Virus record (IMG/VR): IMGVR_UViG_3300035698_018475
Coordinates: 1-64,000 of that record
From: a virus
Length of the DNA: 64,000 bases
Direction: 5' to 3' (one strand)
Shown: piece after piece, positions 45,701 to 53,533 of the stretch
Layout of the letters: the number at the start of each line of letters is the position of its first letter
Numbering within the stretch: the first letter of the stretch is position 1
Program-made: the position numbers and the translations under genes
Notes under the pieces: model-generated
Seen by the model: the letters and a program-made list of their open reading frames with translations, nothing else
Told to the model about the DNA's origin: nothing
Databases searched by the model: none

Positions 45701-45865
45701 GTCCGGCAGACCCTTAGAGAGAATGCACTTCATTCTACCGGGGATATTGGGATTGATAAGATCTCTGTCACTACCATAGATAGTACCGATCCTAAGCAAG
45801 CTGCAGTCAGTAAAGGCGTTAATCTGGCCTGTGAGGGTATGTTAGGAACTAAGAAGAAAAGTTAA
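42794..45865 (+). CDS. Prohead protease (T4 gp21-like) fused to extra modules and a scaffold-like coiled coil
   Basis: N.N.RRY, LFGHAEHP, SHVI, LDTPYG..V..LL...GVSTRA.G and DFTADPS; long C-terminal coiled coil. Confidence 0.85.
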   Translation: MKVIPFPKDDREVVFEKYQMVQMQEGEELPSKVLCRVVYPVCNLDQLNANKRRYRKAVWEQVMDSDTLKEKLDHRCLFGHAEHPKESQSQLEKTSHVINRIWVDEDSNRVLQEIDVLDTPYGRIVDTLLQAECGVGVSTRAEGELEEQKDDEGETFYDVIPESYGYITTDFTADPSTPNPYPMEVQRRMVESIEKDRNDLDQGFAIAMLESIKGKKAQSLCESIKSSKVEEEEKPLQKVKLVERRGKSDPTYAKKIMDFIDGEWKETREKDLTKLMQEYREHIKVAPKESVKNWLGRLWQTNEKGLVPFVSEEFVRDYKSLLEQEDPGEFDLDGEMAAEGNAGAKPGEEELEGDLGDEEVIGEPEGDGDIPGEPGPDLEVPGEEMIVGEELPAEGELPPGFGAEVSVGVMDIPDVSATALMLPPPILDPRTAGVSQIADRFGFLEFMTDSGNSVVSPYLQRLEKERLDLLDELSYRYSRSVRESKKGQKIEFRVDESKLLEIQDVRSSKRVIEFLERDWTEPVEKKISKTILENKDTILKAPMGETKDYLSRVWEAQSEELIVDASDDFVDELLELINSDPVDETEDIKQVYTDAGLDPPKGKGIHTKKFHRMATDIMKGYSDGEPTEEEKGIAYATTMDRLGRDKSVRKSHHQDKSEKINIQENYWGLLDFLTKWEENKGKVPKKKKVESSATKPVSCQSEGDIVSGRLFEKKKVNEQEGDLSIEEIKGYMRKTIAQMSDPQYEDVIAFTEEWSKIKLPDTDEVMDAANEVIREFDRLVEMWSSGESGWVGDDDMEESKKNKSSIDLQIQEASTRAERDKALEVLEDIQNQLKQLQDSKEVEVGLLLAKLQESSSDIVQSYQALKNKLKETFGELKVAKASLDADQEELAKKDATIATLKGDVTQMKAEYGTEIEQLENRHLTERTKMLKGYTQARLGESSYKAIPDRTRALLEESKDLEEVEDRLIAVRQTLRENALHSTGDIGIDKISVTTIDSTDPKQAAVSKGVNLACEGMLGTKKKS

Positions 45866-45881
45866 GTAAGGAATATAAAAA

Positions 45882-47357
45882 ATGGAAATGCAACAGATGA
45901 TAGAGAATCGTTTGACCGCTATCACTGAGAGCCGGAAGAGGCTGATCAATGAGTGGGATCCCTATATCTCTGCGGTCAATGAATGGATGAAGAGTGAAGG
46001 TGGTGGGCAAGAACTTTCTGAGTACGATAAGCAGAACATTGCCCAGTGCCTGGAGAATGCGTTGGTTGAGACCGGGTTGAAAAGTCGATCTCGGCTCTTA
46101 CAAGAAGCTACCACCGGAGATGCCATTCAGTTCATGGCTGTACAACTTCCGGTAATTGCCGCTCTTATTCCCAGTCTTGTGCTGAATAAGGTGGCAATCG
46201 TCCAAGCCCTGGATAGGCGGCAAGGTGCAGTATTTTATCTTGACGCCCTATATGGTACCACTAAGGGTGCCATTACGGCCGGCGATACCATGATCAGTGC
46301 TCAGACCGGGCATGCAAGGACTCGGGCAGCTCAGCGGTATGCTGTTACTACGGTGGAAAATGAGACCCTGGCAGATGACACTCTGGCAGCCAATACCATT
46401 ACTGGGTCGTTGGCTTACCGGCCCATGCTGGGTACTCTGAATATCACCCACGGTTCAGAGACTATTACTGATGTGGTGAATCCGGGTCAGTTGGTTTCTA
46501 ATGTCACAAACAACCCCTGTGGTTGGGTCAAGGTGGATGGTACATTCAGTGTGACCCTGAATGCCACTCCCTCAAGTGGTGGTAATGTGTATGCCGATTA
46601 CTGTTACTACTATGACACGGCCGACGATGGTGATCCCCTGGTCCCGGAGATTGATATCCAGCTACGATCTGAGATGTTGACTGCTCAGGACTTCCCGCTG
46701 AGAGCAAACTATTCAGTGGGTGCCAGTATTGATCTTGAGAAAGCACATGGTTTAATCCTCGAGGACGAGATCGTGAAGTTCCTCGGTGGTGAAATCAAGT
46801 TCGAGGTAGATCGCTACGGGCTCGATTTGATCTTACAGGCGGCCACTGGTGCCAGTGCAGCGACTCCAACTGGTACCTGGGTGGCAGCCCCCGGAGCCGG
46901 TCAGGAATGGTTATGGAAGAAGTATGAGTTCTTGGATCGGATAGAATATGGATCCAACAACATCTTCAGCCAGACCCTCCGTGCCATGTGTAATTTCATT
47001 ATCGCCGGTAATGATGTTGCTCGAGTTATCCGGCAGATGGGTGATCACTTCAAGCCCGCCCCCGGGTTGGACAAGCAGGTGCCCACCGGACCAATCGAGT
47101 TGGGTACTCTGGATGGTCGGCTGGTCATCCAGGATCCATTCCAGACTCATGACAGGTATATCCTCGGTTATAGGGGAGACAACTACCTGTTTGCGGGTGC
47201 TGTGTATGCACCGTATATTCCCCTGTTCAGTACTCCCACATTGGTAACTGCTGATCTGATGGCTCAGAAAGGCTTTATGACCTCCGCTGGTTTTAAGATT
47301 ACCAATCCCGGGATGTACACCTATGGGGATATAGATATATCCGGTATGTCCTCCTAA
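45882..47357 (+). CDS. Major capsid protein (T4 gp23-like)
   Basis: W.PY, LEN...E, VQAL....G.VFYL, R..YS.....DL.K.HG..LE, GAVYAPYIPL, GFMTS. Confidence 0.92.
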   Translation: MEMQQMIENRLTAITESRKRLINEWDPYISAVNEWMKSEGGGQELSEYDKQNIAQCLENALVETGLKSRSRLLQEATTGDAIQFMAVQLPVIAALIPSLVLNKVAIVQALDRRQGAVFYLDALYGTTKGAITAGDTMISAQTGHARTRAAQRYAVTTVENETLADDTLAANTITGSLAYRPMLGTLNITHGSETITDVVNPGQLVSNVTNNPCGWVKVDGTFSVTLNATPSSGGNVYADYCYYYDTADDGDPLVPEIDIQLRSEMLTAQDFPLRANYSVGASIDLEKAHGLILEDEIVKFLGGEIKFEVDRYGLDLILQAATGASAATPTGTWVAAPGAGQEWLWKKYEFLDRIEYGSNNIFSQTLRAMCNFIIAGNDVARVIRQMGDHFKPAPGLDKQVPTGPIELGTLDGRLVIQDPFQTHDRYILGYRGDNYLFAGAVYAPYIPLFSTPTLVTADLMAQKGFMTSAGFKITNPGMYTYGDIDISGMSS

Positions 47358-47397
47358 AGAAGAACCTATGGAGGTAGGTTAGTGAGTGTTATGGCGT

Positions 47398-47433
47398 TAG
47401 GTGGGAGTCATTCATTATGGTGGCTCCCGCCTA
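47398..47433 (+). terminator. Hairpin downstream of the capsid gene
   Basis: TAGGTGGGAGTCA/TGGCTCCCGCCTA 13-bp stem. Confidence 0.6.
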
Positions 47434-47471
47434 TTGATAATATTGTTGTCCTATTTGGTGGAGATTAAATT

Positions 47472-47963
47472 ATGGTCTTACGTAAGAAGAAAGCAGAACC
47501 AGTGGAGAAAGTGATTCGTAGTTTACTTACTGGTGGATTAAAGACCAGTGTTAGTAGTTACTCAGTGGAGAAGGATGAAATACTGGTAGCAACTTTTGCC
47601 AGTGAAGCAGAGTACAAGCGTCTTCTCACAATACAATCTTTTGTCCCCGCCACTGAAGAGGAACTATTGGATTATGCCAATAGGATCATTCCTATAGTGG
47701 ATGAAATAGTGGATATGCATTATTTTGAACAACCTGTTGTTGTTCCAGTGGTGTCTCTTGTTCCAGAGGTGCCTCTTGTTCCAGAGGTGCCTCTTGTTCC
47801 AGGACCAACGGAAGAGGTAGTGGATGGGGATATTAAGTTTGAATCAGTGGAGAGTACTTTTGATGAGGGTGAATCCTCAGAAATAGAACCTCCCTCGGAA
47901 GATGATGATGTCCCGGATGAACCTAAGAAAAGTGTTCCTTCCCGAAGGAGAAGAAAGCCATAA
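47472..47963 (+). CDS. Hypothetical protein
   Basis: GGAG RBS; acidic C-terminus with VPEVPL repeats. Confidence 0.65.
   Translation: MVLRKKKAEPVEKVIRSLLTGGLKTSVSSYSVEKDEILVATFASEAEYKRLLTIQSFVPATEEELLDYANRIIPIVDEIVDMHYFEQPVVVPVVSLVPEVPLVPEVPLVPGPTEEVVDGDIKFESVESTFDEGESSEIEPPSEDDDVPDEPKKSVPSRRRRKP
47742..47802 (+). repeat. 18-nt tandem repeat x3.4 (VPEVPL)
   Basis: GTTCCAG(A/T)GGTG(C/T)CTCTT units. Confidence 0.9.
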
Positions 47964-47966
47964 GTT

Positions 47967-49397
47967 ATGTCCAGACTACTTAATTCATCTAGTACTTCTT
48001 TTACCGGGGTGGATCTAACGGCTTCCCTGGATGTGGAACTTGTGGCTTATACTGCTACCAAAGATGTTGTATTGGATATACGTGCAGATATTGGTTCATC
48101 CTTAGGACCATTGAATAATGCAGTGAGTACTATAACTATCTCCGCCTGGATAACCAGGACCAATGGGGAAGAAGTAGAGACTTTCAGTGAAGATCTAAGT
48201 AAAGCATCCGGGCAGACTCAACTTCCATACAATTTTTATAAGAAGCTCTTGGTTCTTCGTGGTGAAGTTATAACCATAACTGGTTATAGTACCAACGCTT
48301 TGGATACTTCTATTGGTGGAGAGGTGTATATCTTTGGTAGGAATGTAAATTACTCTAGCGTCTCTTTCACTCAAGCAGATTTAACATCTTTGGTAGAACT
48401 GGGTTCATACACAGCCACCCATGATTTTGAAGTTTATGTCAGGGTAGACCTAGGTACTTCCACTTATGTATTAAACACTGGGGTGGTAAATCTAGATCTT
48501 ATTGGGGATTTGACCAATAGTTCTGGAGTGGAGGCCATTACCTATGAAGCAACTATCAGTAAGGGTGTAGGAATAACCATGCTGATATATATGCTGGATG
48601 ATTCTGTCAAGCTCCGGGATGATGAACAATTGGCTATAAATGTTGTATCAGATAATGCATCAGATATTGCTGTCAGTGGTACCATCTATTTTGCCCTATT
48701 AAGTACCACCACCAAGAGTGCAACTTTGGATTGGTTGAAAAATGAGTTCCTCCCATTGGAATTGATAACCCCGGATGAAGCGATCTACCAGCAGATAGAT
48801 AATTCAATTCGTTATTGGAATACCCACAGTGGTCGTAAGATTAGTGCTGTGGTGGAAGCAAATAGAGGGGATTCCAGGGTTCAGGTGGATCCAGAGTTTA
48901 AGACTGTAGTGCAGGTGTGGCCCACACAGAACACTGAGTGGATCCTGAATGATCATCCCATGTGGTCCCTGTTGGGTATAACCTTATTAGATAATGTGAC
49001 TACTGATCTGATTATAATGTCGGAGGCTTTCAAGAATTATAGGCAGTATGTGGGGACTAATTTCCAATGGACTTTTGAGAGGTCCTTGGATCCCGCCGTT
49101 GGGGGTTACTTGTATTATGATAATATACCTTCCCAGAATGAAGCCTTATTTGTAATAGGTACAAAACGAATCCTAGATGGGGAGGACATAGTAGATGATT
49201 ATATCCTGGATTGGATACAATACTATGCTCTATCGTTGATAAGAATTATAGAGGGAAATGCTCAGAGGAAGGCCGGCATCATAGGGGTAGCCAATGATGG
49301 GGCCGATCAATTACGGCAGGGGATGGATGAGAAGAAGGAACTACAGCAAAGGGTAGCTATAGATGCAAGATGGGTTGCTCTTGCAAAGAGAATATAA
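47967..49397 (+). CDS. Neck/head-tail adaptor (gp13-like C-terminus) with duplicated N-terminal beta domains
   Basis: C-terminal IDNSIRYWN...WI..YALSL...IEG..RK...DG..L...G..EK.EL pattern; position after the MCP. Confidence 0.6.
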   Translation: MSRLLNSSSTSFTGVDLTASLDVELVAYTATKDVVLDIRADIGSSLGPLNNAVSTITISAWITRTNGEEVETFSEDLSKASGQTQLPYNFYKKLLVLRGEVITITGYSTNALDTSIGGEVYIFGRNVNYSSVSFTQADLTSLVELGSYTATHDFEVYVRVDLGTSTYVLNTGVVNLDLIGDLTNSSGVEAITYEATISKGVGITMLIYMLDDSVKLRDDEQLAINVVSDNASDIAVSGTIYFALLSTTTKSATLDWLKNEFLPLELITPDEAIYQQIDNSIRYWNTHSGRKISAVVEANRGDSRVQVDPEFKTVVQVWPTQNTEWILNDHPMWSLLGITLLDNVTTDLIIMSEAFKNYRQYVGTNFQWTFERSLDPAVGGYLYYDNIPSQNEALFVIGTKRILDGEDIVDDYILDWIQYYALSLIRIIEGNAQRKAGIIGVANDGADQLRQGMDEKKELQQRVAIDARWVALAKRI

Positions 49398-50209
49398 TGT
49401 TTCAAGAATTACTAACATTTGTGCAGCAAGAAGTTGAGCATGACAAGTGGGTGTGCTTCGACTTTGATGGAGTGTGTTCAAAATATGATGATAATTTTGA
49501 ACTGGACTCCTTTGGACTCCCTATTCCTGGGGTAGCTGAGTGTATAAGGAATTTAAGGGGTAGTGGTTATAAAGTAACTCTTAATACTTGTAGGACTAGG
49601 ACTCCTGCGATGGATCAGTGGTTAGAAGAGAATGGGTTTGTCTTTGATTCTATAAATGATACTTCTCATAACCCTCAGTACTCTAGTAATGCTAAACCCG
49701 CGGCTGAACTATATGTGGATGATAGGGGGTTCAGGTTTAACCAGGATGAACCGGATAAGGGTGTGGAACAGATCTATCACTTATTGGATATGAATGAATC
49801 TGTCTCGTTCCATGTTATTAGTGAGACCACTGTGGATCATGCAAAGAACGAGTTGGAGAAGGCCGGATTGTTTGATAAAGATTCTGATTATGAAGGTATG
49901 ATTGGTCAGGCCGTTATGGATCTGATGAAAGTGTTTAGTGGTCAGGGTCACTCCGGGTTCTCCGCTGGAATGACTAGAGATATTTTTAACAAGTTGTCCA
50001 ACTTTGAAACCTTGACCCCAATAACTGATGATCCTTCAGAGTGGATGGATGTGACTGAATATGGAGCAGAAGGGTCTCCAAAGATGTGGCAGAGTAAGAG
50101 AGATCCATCCTTGTTCAGTTCCGATGGGGGAAAGACTTATTATGATGTGGATAAACCGAAGAAGATCATGAAGTCTGAGACAAGTAAGAGTAAGAAAGAT
50201 GTTGCCTAA
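49397..50209 (+). CDS. HAD-family phosphatase fused to a conserved phage domain
   Basis: FDFDGV, NTCR and KP.AE.YVDDR; C-terminal GHSG.SA...LTP...WQ.KR.P..F..DGG.TYY. Confidence 0.75.
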   Translation: MFQELLTFVQQEVEHDKWVCFDFDGVCSKYDDNFELDSFGLPIPGVAECIRNLRGSGYKVTLNTCRTRTPAMDQWLEENGFVFDSINDTSHNPQYSSNAKPAAELYVDDRGFRFNQDEPDKGVEQIYHLLDMNESVSFHVISETTVDHAKNELEKAGLFDKDSDYEGMIGQAVMDLMKVFSGQGHSGFSAGMTRDIFNKLSNFETLTPITDDPSEWMDVTEYGAEGSPKMWQSKRDPSLFSSDGGKTYYDVDKPKKIMKSETSKSKKDVA

Positions 50210-51005
50210 CAGTTTATTGCGTATACCTTTGGATGAAGCAAACCTTCCTGCTATTAAAAGGAAGCAGGCATCTATAACCAGGTTATTTCCCCCGTTCCAT
50301 AAAAGAGTTAGGGCGGTTAAGAGGAATGGTGGAGTCACTCTGTTCGATACTGATCCTACTGTATGGCATTTTGAGGTAACTTCTGGGACGGAACCAGGTA
50401 CCAGTTATGTTGCTCATGTTAAATTCATGAACCTTAAAAGGTGGTTACGTAGAGCAGTAGCAGATAAGAGATTGTGGAAGAAGGGAACTAATCGTATTGA
50501 CCTAAAGAAAGTGGCTGATCTTATACTGAACAAGATAGATCTAAGAGTTTTATGTACCTGTCCGGCCTTCCAATACTACGGCCCTGCTTATATCTTAAGT
50601 CTAGGGAAGTATAAAGCCAAGTATGGTTCTCAAGAAAGACGACCTCCAGATATCAGGAATCCTAAACAGTATGGTGCTGTGTGTAAACATATGCACCTAT
50701 TATTGAAGGAACTCCCTGGTATGACCAGTAAGTTTGCTAATTTCTTAAGGGAATACTATACGGAAGATATTGAAAGATTTAGGAAGAAGGGAATTCAGCA
50801 AGCAATTAAGTTCAAGAGAGCCGGGGAGGAACTGGGTAAGCGTAAGGAAGAAGTTGAAGTTGAAACAGAAGAAGAGATGGAGTATGATATGGGGGAAGCC
50901 ACTACAGGGGATGCAATTGCTTTTGAACCATCACACTTTGGGACAAAGCCAATAGGTTCTGTCCCTGATTCTTTAACAAAGAGGAAGAAAAAGAAAAAGA
51001 AATGA
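50199..51005 (+). CDS. SWIM zinc-finger protein
   Basis: V.CTCPAF..YG ... VCKH. Confidence 0.7.
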   Translation: MLPNSLLRIPLDEANLPAIKRKQASITRLFPPFHKRVRAVKRNGGVTLFDTDPTVWHFEVTSGTEPGTSYVAHVKFMNLKRWLRRAVADKRLWKKGTNRIDLKKVADLILNKIDLRVLCTCPAFQYYGPAYILSLGKYKAKYGSQERRPPDIRNPKQYGAVCKHMHLLLKELPGMTSKFANFLREYYTEDIERFRKKGIQQAIKFKRAGEELGKRKEEVEVETEEEMEYDMGEATTGDAIAFEPSHFGTKPIGSVPDSLTKRKKKKKK

Positions 51006-51586
51006 GTGACATCATACTTAACCAGTTAGAGAAACTAATAGCTACTGAACCTTTTAAGGTCATAGATAATAATGCTATGCTGTGGAGAGATATATTTGGA
51101 GTAAGATCTGTACCTACTCCAAATACAATTGCAATCCCTGCTTTTTCCATTAGTAGGAAGAATAACCGATTAGAGACTTTGGCTAAGATGATCCAGCGGT
51201 TAGTGGATAACAGAAGGGTTAAACAAGTAAAAGGGGATATCATAGATAGGATGATAGGGGAGAAGAATACTTCTCTTATACTTTCCCATCTTAAGAATTT
51301 GAGTCACCTATATGGGATAAAAATTTGGAGTTCTATTGATTGTATAAGTGTTACTTACAGTGCAGTAATAACTTCTGATCTCCGTCCTCTTGAACAGGTG
51401 CTGATAAGTGACGGGGATATAATGGATAAGGTGCAAGAGATTGGGCAGGGTCTGGTGGTGGGGGACTATATCATACCCTCTGGGGGTGGTAATTTCGATA
51501 GTAGATTTTTCTATACCATAAAAGACGTGATGGAAGGAAGATATGATGAAGTCGATGAAGTCAGTGAAGTCGATATTGGAAGCTAA
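51002..51586 (+). CDS. Hypothetical protein
   Basis: 4-nt overlap. Confidence 0.6.
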   Translation: MSDIILNQLEKLIATEPFKVIDNNAMLWRDIFGVRSVPTPNTIAIPAFSISRKNNRLETLAKMIQRLVDNRRVKQVKGDIIDRMIGEKNTSLILSHLKNLSHLYGIKIWSSIDCISVTYSAVITSDLRPLEQVLISDGDIMDKVQEIGQGLVVGDYIIPSGGGNFDSRFFYTIKDVMEGRYDEVDEVSEVDIGS

Positions 51587-51986
51587 AGACGTTGATACCT
51601 ACAAGGCGTTAATCCAGGCATTGGGAGATTTCTCCAAGAGTCAACCATTTACCGGGGTGGACAAGCTCTTTAAGAAAGCTATTGATGATGGTAAGAAAAT
51701 ACTGCCCAAGGATAAACAGGCATTGGCCATTCTGGACCATCTTCTTCAGGGAGACTCCACTTCTTCCAGTAAGGTCCAACAGGTATTAAACACCAGGTTT
51801 GATACTCTTCCGATAGAGGTTAGACCTATTATTAAAGCCGGGGATAACAAAGAAGTGGCTTTTTGGATGGTCGGCGATAGGATGAGTGATAAGGTACAGG
51901 ATCTTATTAACTTCAGTGGTGAAGGTAAAGGTAAGTGGGTAGATAAGAATGGGAAGAAGGCAACTTTAGTTGTAAAAGATAAATGA
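51543..51986 (+). CDS. Hypothetical protein
   Basis: AAGGA RBS; leader KSILEA. Confidence 0.6.
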   Translation: MMKSMKSVKSILEAKDVDTYKALIQALGDFSKSQPFTGVDKLFKKAIDDGKKILPKDKQALAILDHLLQGDSTSSSKVQQVLNTRFDTLPIEVRPIIKAGDNKEVAFWMVGDRMSDKVQDLINFSGEGKGKWVDKNGKKATLVVKDK

Positions 51987-51987
51987 G

Positions 51988-53460
51988 GTGATTACTATGG
52001 GTGTTAATGTAACAAGTCTTTTAAGTTATATCCAGGATTCTGTCAACAGTCCCACTAATGAGGAACGGGGGGAAGGCATGGGTGTGGGTGGTCCCCGTCA
52101 GGGGGATGGTGGGATGGCTGCTTGTTATTGCCAGGAGTGTGGAGCTATACTTGAAAAGAAGAGGGGAGTTCCCTGTACTCTTGCCTATCAGAAATGTCCT
52201 GAGTGTAGTAAAGATGCTGTGGTGGGTATAGACCAACAGGAGCTTGATAGGATTAACCAAGAGAAGGAGAAGACTACTTCCAGTACTGAAGAGAGTAAAG
52301 AAGAAGTACCCTGGCACAAAGTTCCTGTAGGGAGAAGGGGAAGGACAGATTATGAGCTTCAATGTTTGGAATGTGGTCATAAGTTCCATACTCTTCCACC
52401 AAGTGAAAAATGTCCAATATGTGGATCAACTGATATTGATACCTATGTTGAGGAGAGTGTGGAGGGGAAGAAACCTGTTGTAGAAGAGTTAGGTACTCCA
52501 GAGGTAGGGGAGGAACAGGATAAAGTTCAACCCATTCCCACCGATAGAGAAGTATTTGCCTTTCAACACTGGGCTAATGGTCAGGAATTATTGAACTATG
52601 TTGAGAGGGAATTGGATAATATGGAGTTATCCAAAGAGAATGTACCAAGGGATGGTAAGATGTATGTGGAGGGGGAATCCACTTTTAAGGGGAATACTGT
52701 TCAAGTGGCTTCTGATTGGTTAGGGCAGGCACCATCAAATAAACATCACTTCATTATTTACCCAAGGTCTGAAGAAGGTAGATGGGAAGAATCTAAGGAG
52801 AATATACTACTGCAGTGTCGGGGGTGTGGGGAAGTCCTCGATGAGAAGGTGGAGAAGTGTAATTGTGGAGCCACTGAGTTTGAGGATCTACTCCCAAAAG
52901 TAAGTGAGGGGGGTTCCAAAAGTAAGGAAGAATCTATTAGAGAACAGTTTGGAGAGGAAGGTAAATTAACTCCTGTAGCCAAGGGTGTAGCAGACAAGAT
53001 GGATGCTGAGACTATAGCCAGGAATAAAAATGGTAAAGTAGTATCCGACCCGGATGATCCCCAGAAATTTATGGTAGTTGTAGAAGAAAGTGGATCTATA
53101 AATGAGCAGGAGAGACAGAACTTTACTACAGAAGTGGATGTTAACCTGACTTGGGAAGGGTATGGGGAGAGAGAAGAAGATATAGATCTTGTATCTAGGA
53201 AAGCCACTGTCAATTATGCATTGGATGTGCACTACCGTGCTTATGGTATAGGAGGTATAGTGCCTACTTTCACAGAACCAGTGGAAATCCTATACACTGA
53301 TGCCTCTGGGGAAAGAAAAGTAGAAGCAGATCTGAACGATGCTGAGATATACTGGGAAGCTGGAGAAGTGTATGCCCCCAATATGATAGGAGTAAAAGTT
53401 GATTCAACTGGTAAAGTTTTGAATACAGAAGTTTGGTTTAGTTACATAACGAAGACTTAA
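51988..53460 (+). CDS. Modular acidic protein with three Zn ribbons and EES linkers
   Basis: Three CxxC...CxxC-type pairs; EESKE, EESVE, EESIREQ and EESGSINEQ. The ATG may be 51997. Confidence 0.7.
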   Translation: MITMGVNVTSLLSYIQDSVNSPTNEERGEGMGVGGPRQGDGGMAACYCQECGAILEKKRGVPCTLAYQKCPECSKDAVVGIDQQELDRINQEKEKTTSSTEESKEEVPWHKVPVGRRGRTDYELQCLECGHKFHTLPPSEKCPICGSTDIDTYVEESVEGKKPVVEELGTPEVGEEQDKVQPIPTDREVFAFQHWANGQELLNYVERELDNMELSKENVPRDGKMYVEGESTFKGNTVQVASDWLGQAPSNKHHFIIYPRSEEGRWEESKENILLQCRGCGEVLDEKVEKCNCGATEFEDLLPKVSEGGSKSKEESIREQFGEEGKLTPVAKGVADKMDAETIARNKNGKVVSDPDDPQKFMVVVEESGSINEQERQNFTTEVDVNLTWEGYGEREEDIDLVSRKATVNYALDVHYRAYGIGGIVPTFTEPVEILYTDASGERKVEADLNDAEIYWEAGEVYAPNMIGVKVDSTGKVLNTEVWFSYITKT

Positions 53461-53472
53461 ACGACTATAGGA

Positions 53473-53508
53473 CCTCCCAGGATCTCCCCTAAGAGGGGAT
53501 TTTGGGGG
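53473..53508 (+). terminator. 36-nt hairpin element, copy 2
   Basis: CCTCCCAGGATCTCCCC-TAAG-AGGGGATTTTGGGGG. Confidence 0.55.
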
Positions 53509-53533
53509 ATATGGTTTGTGGGGTTAGATATAT

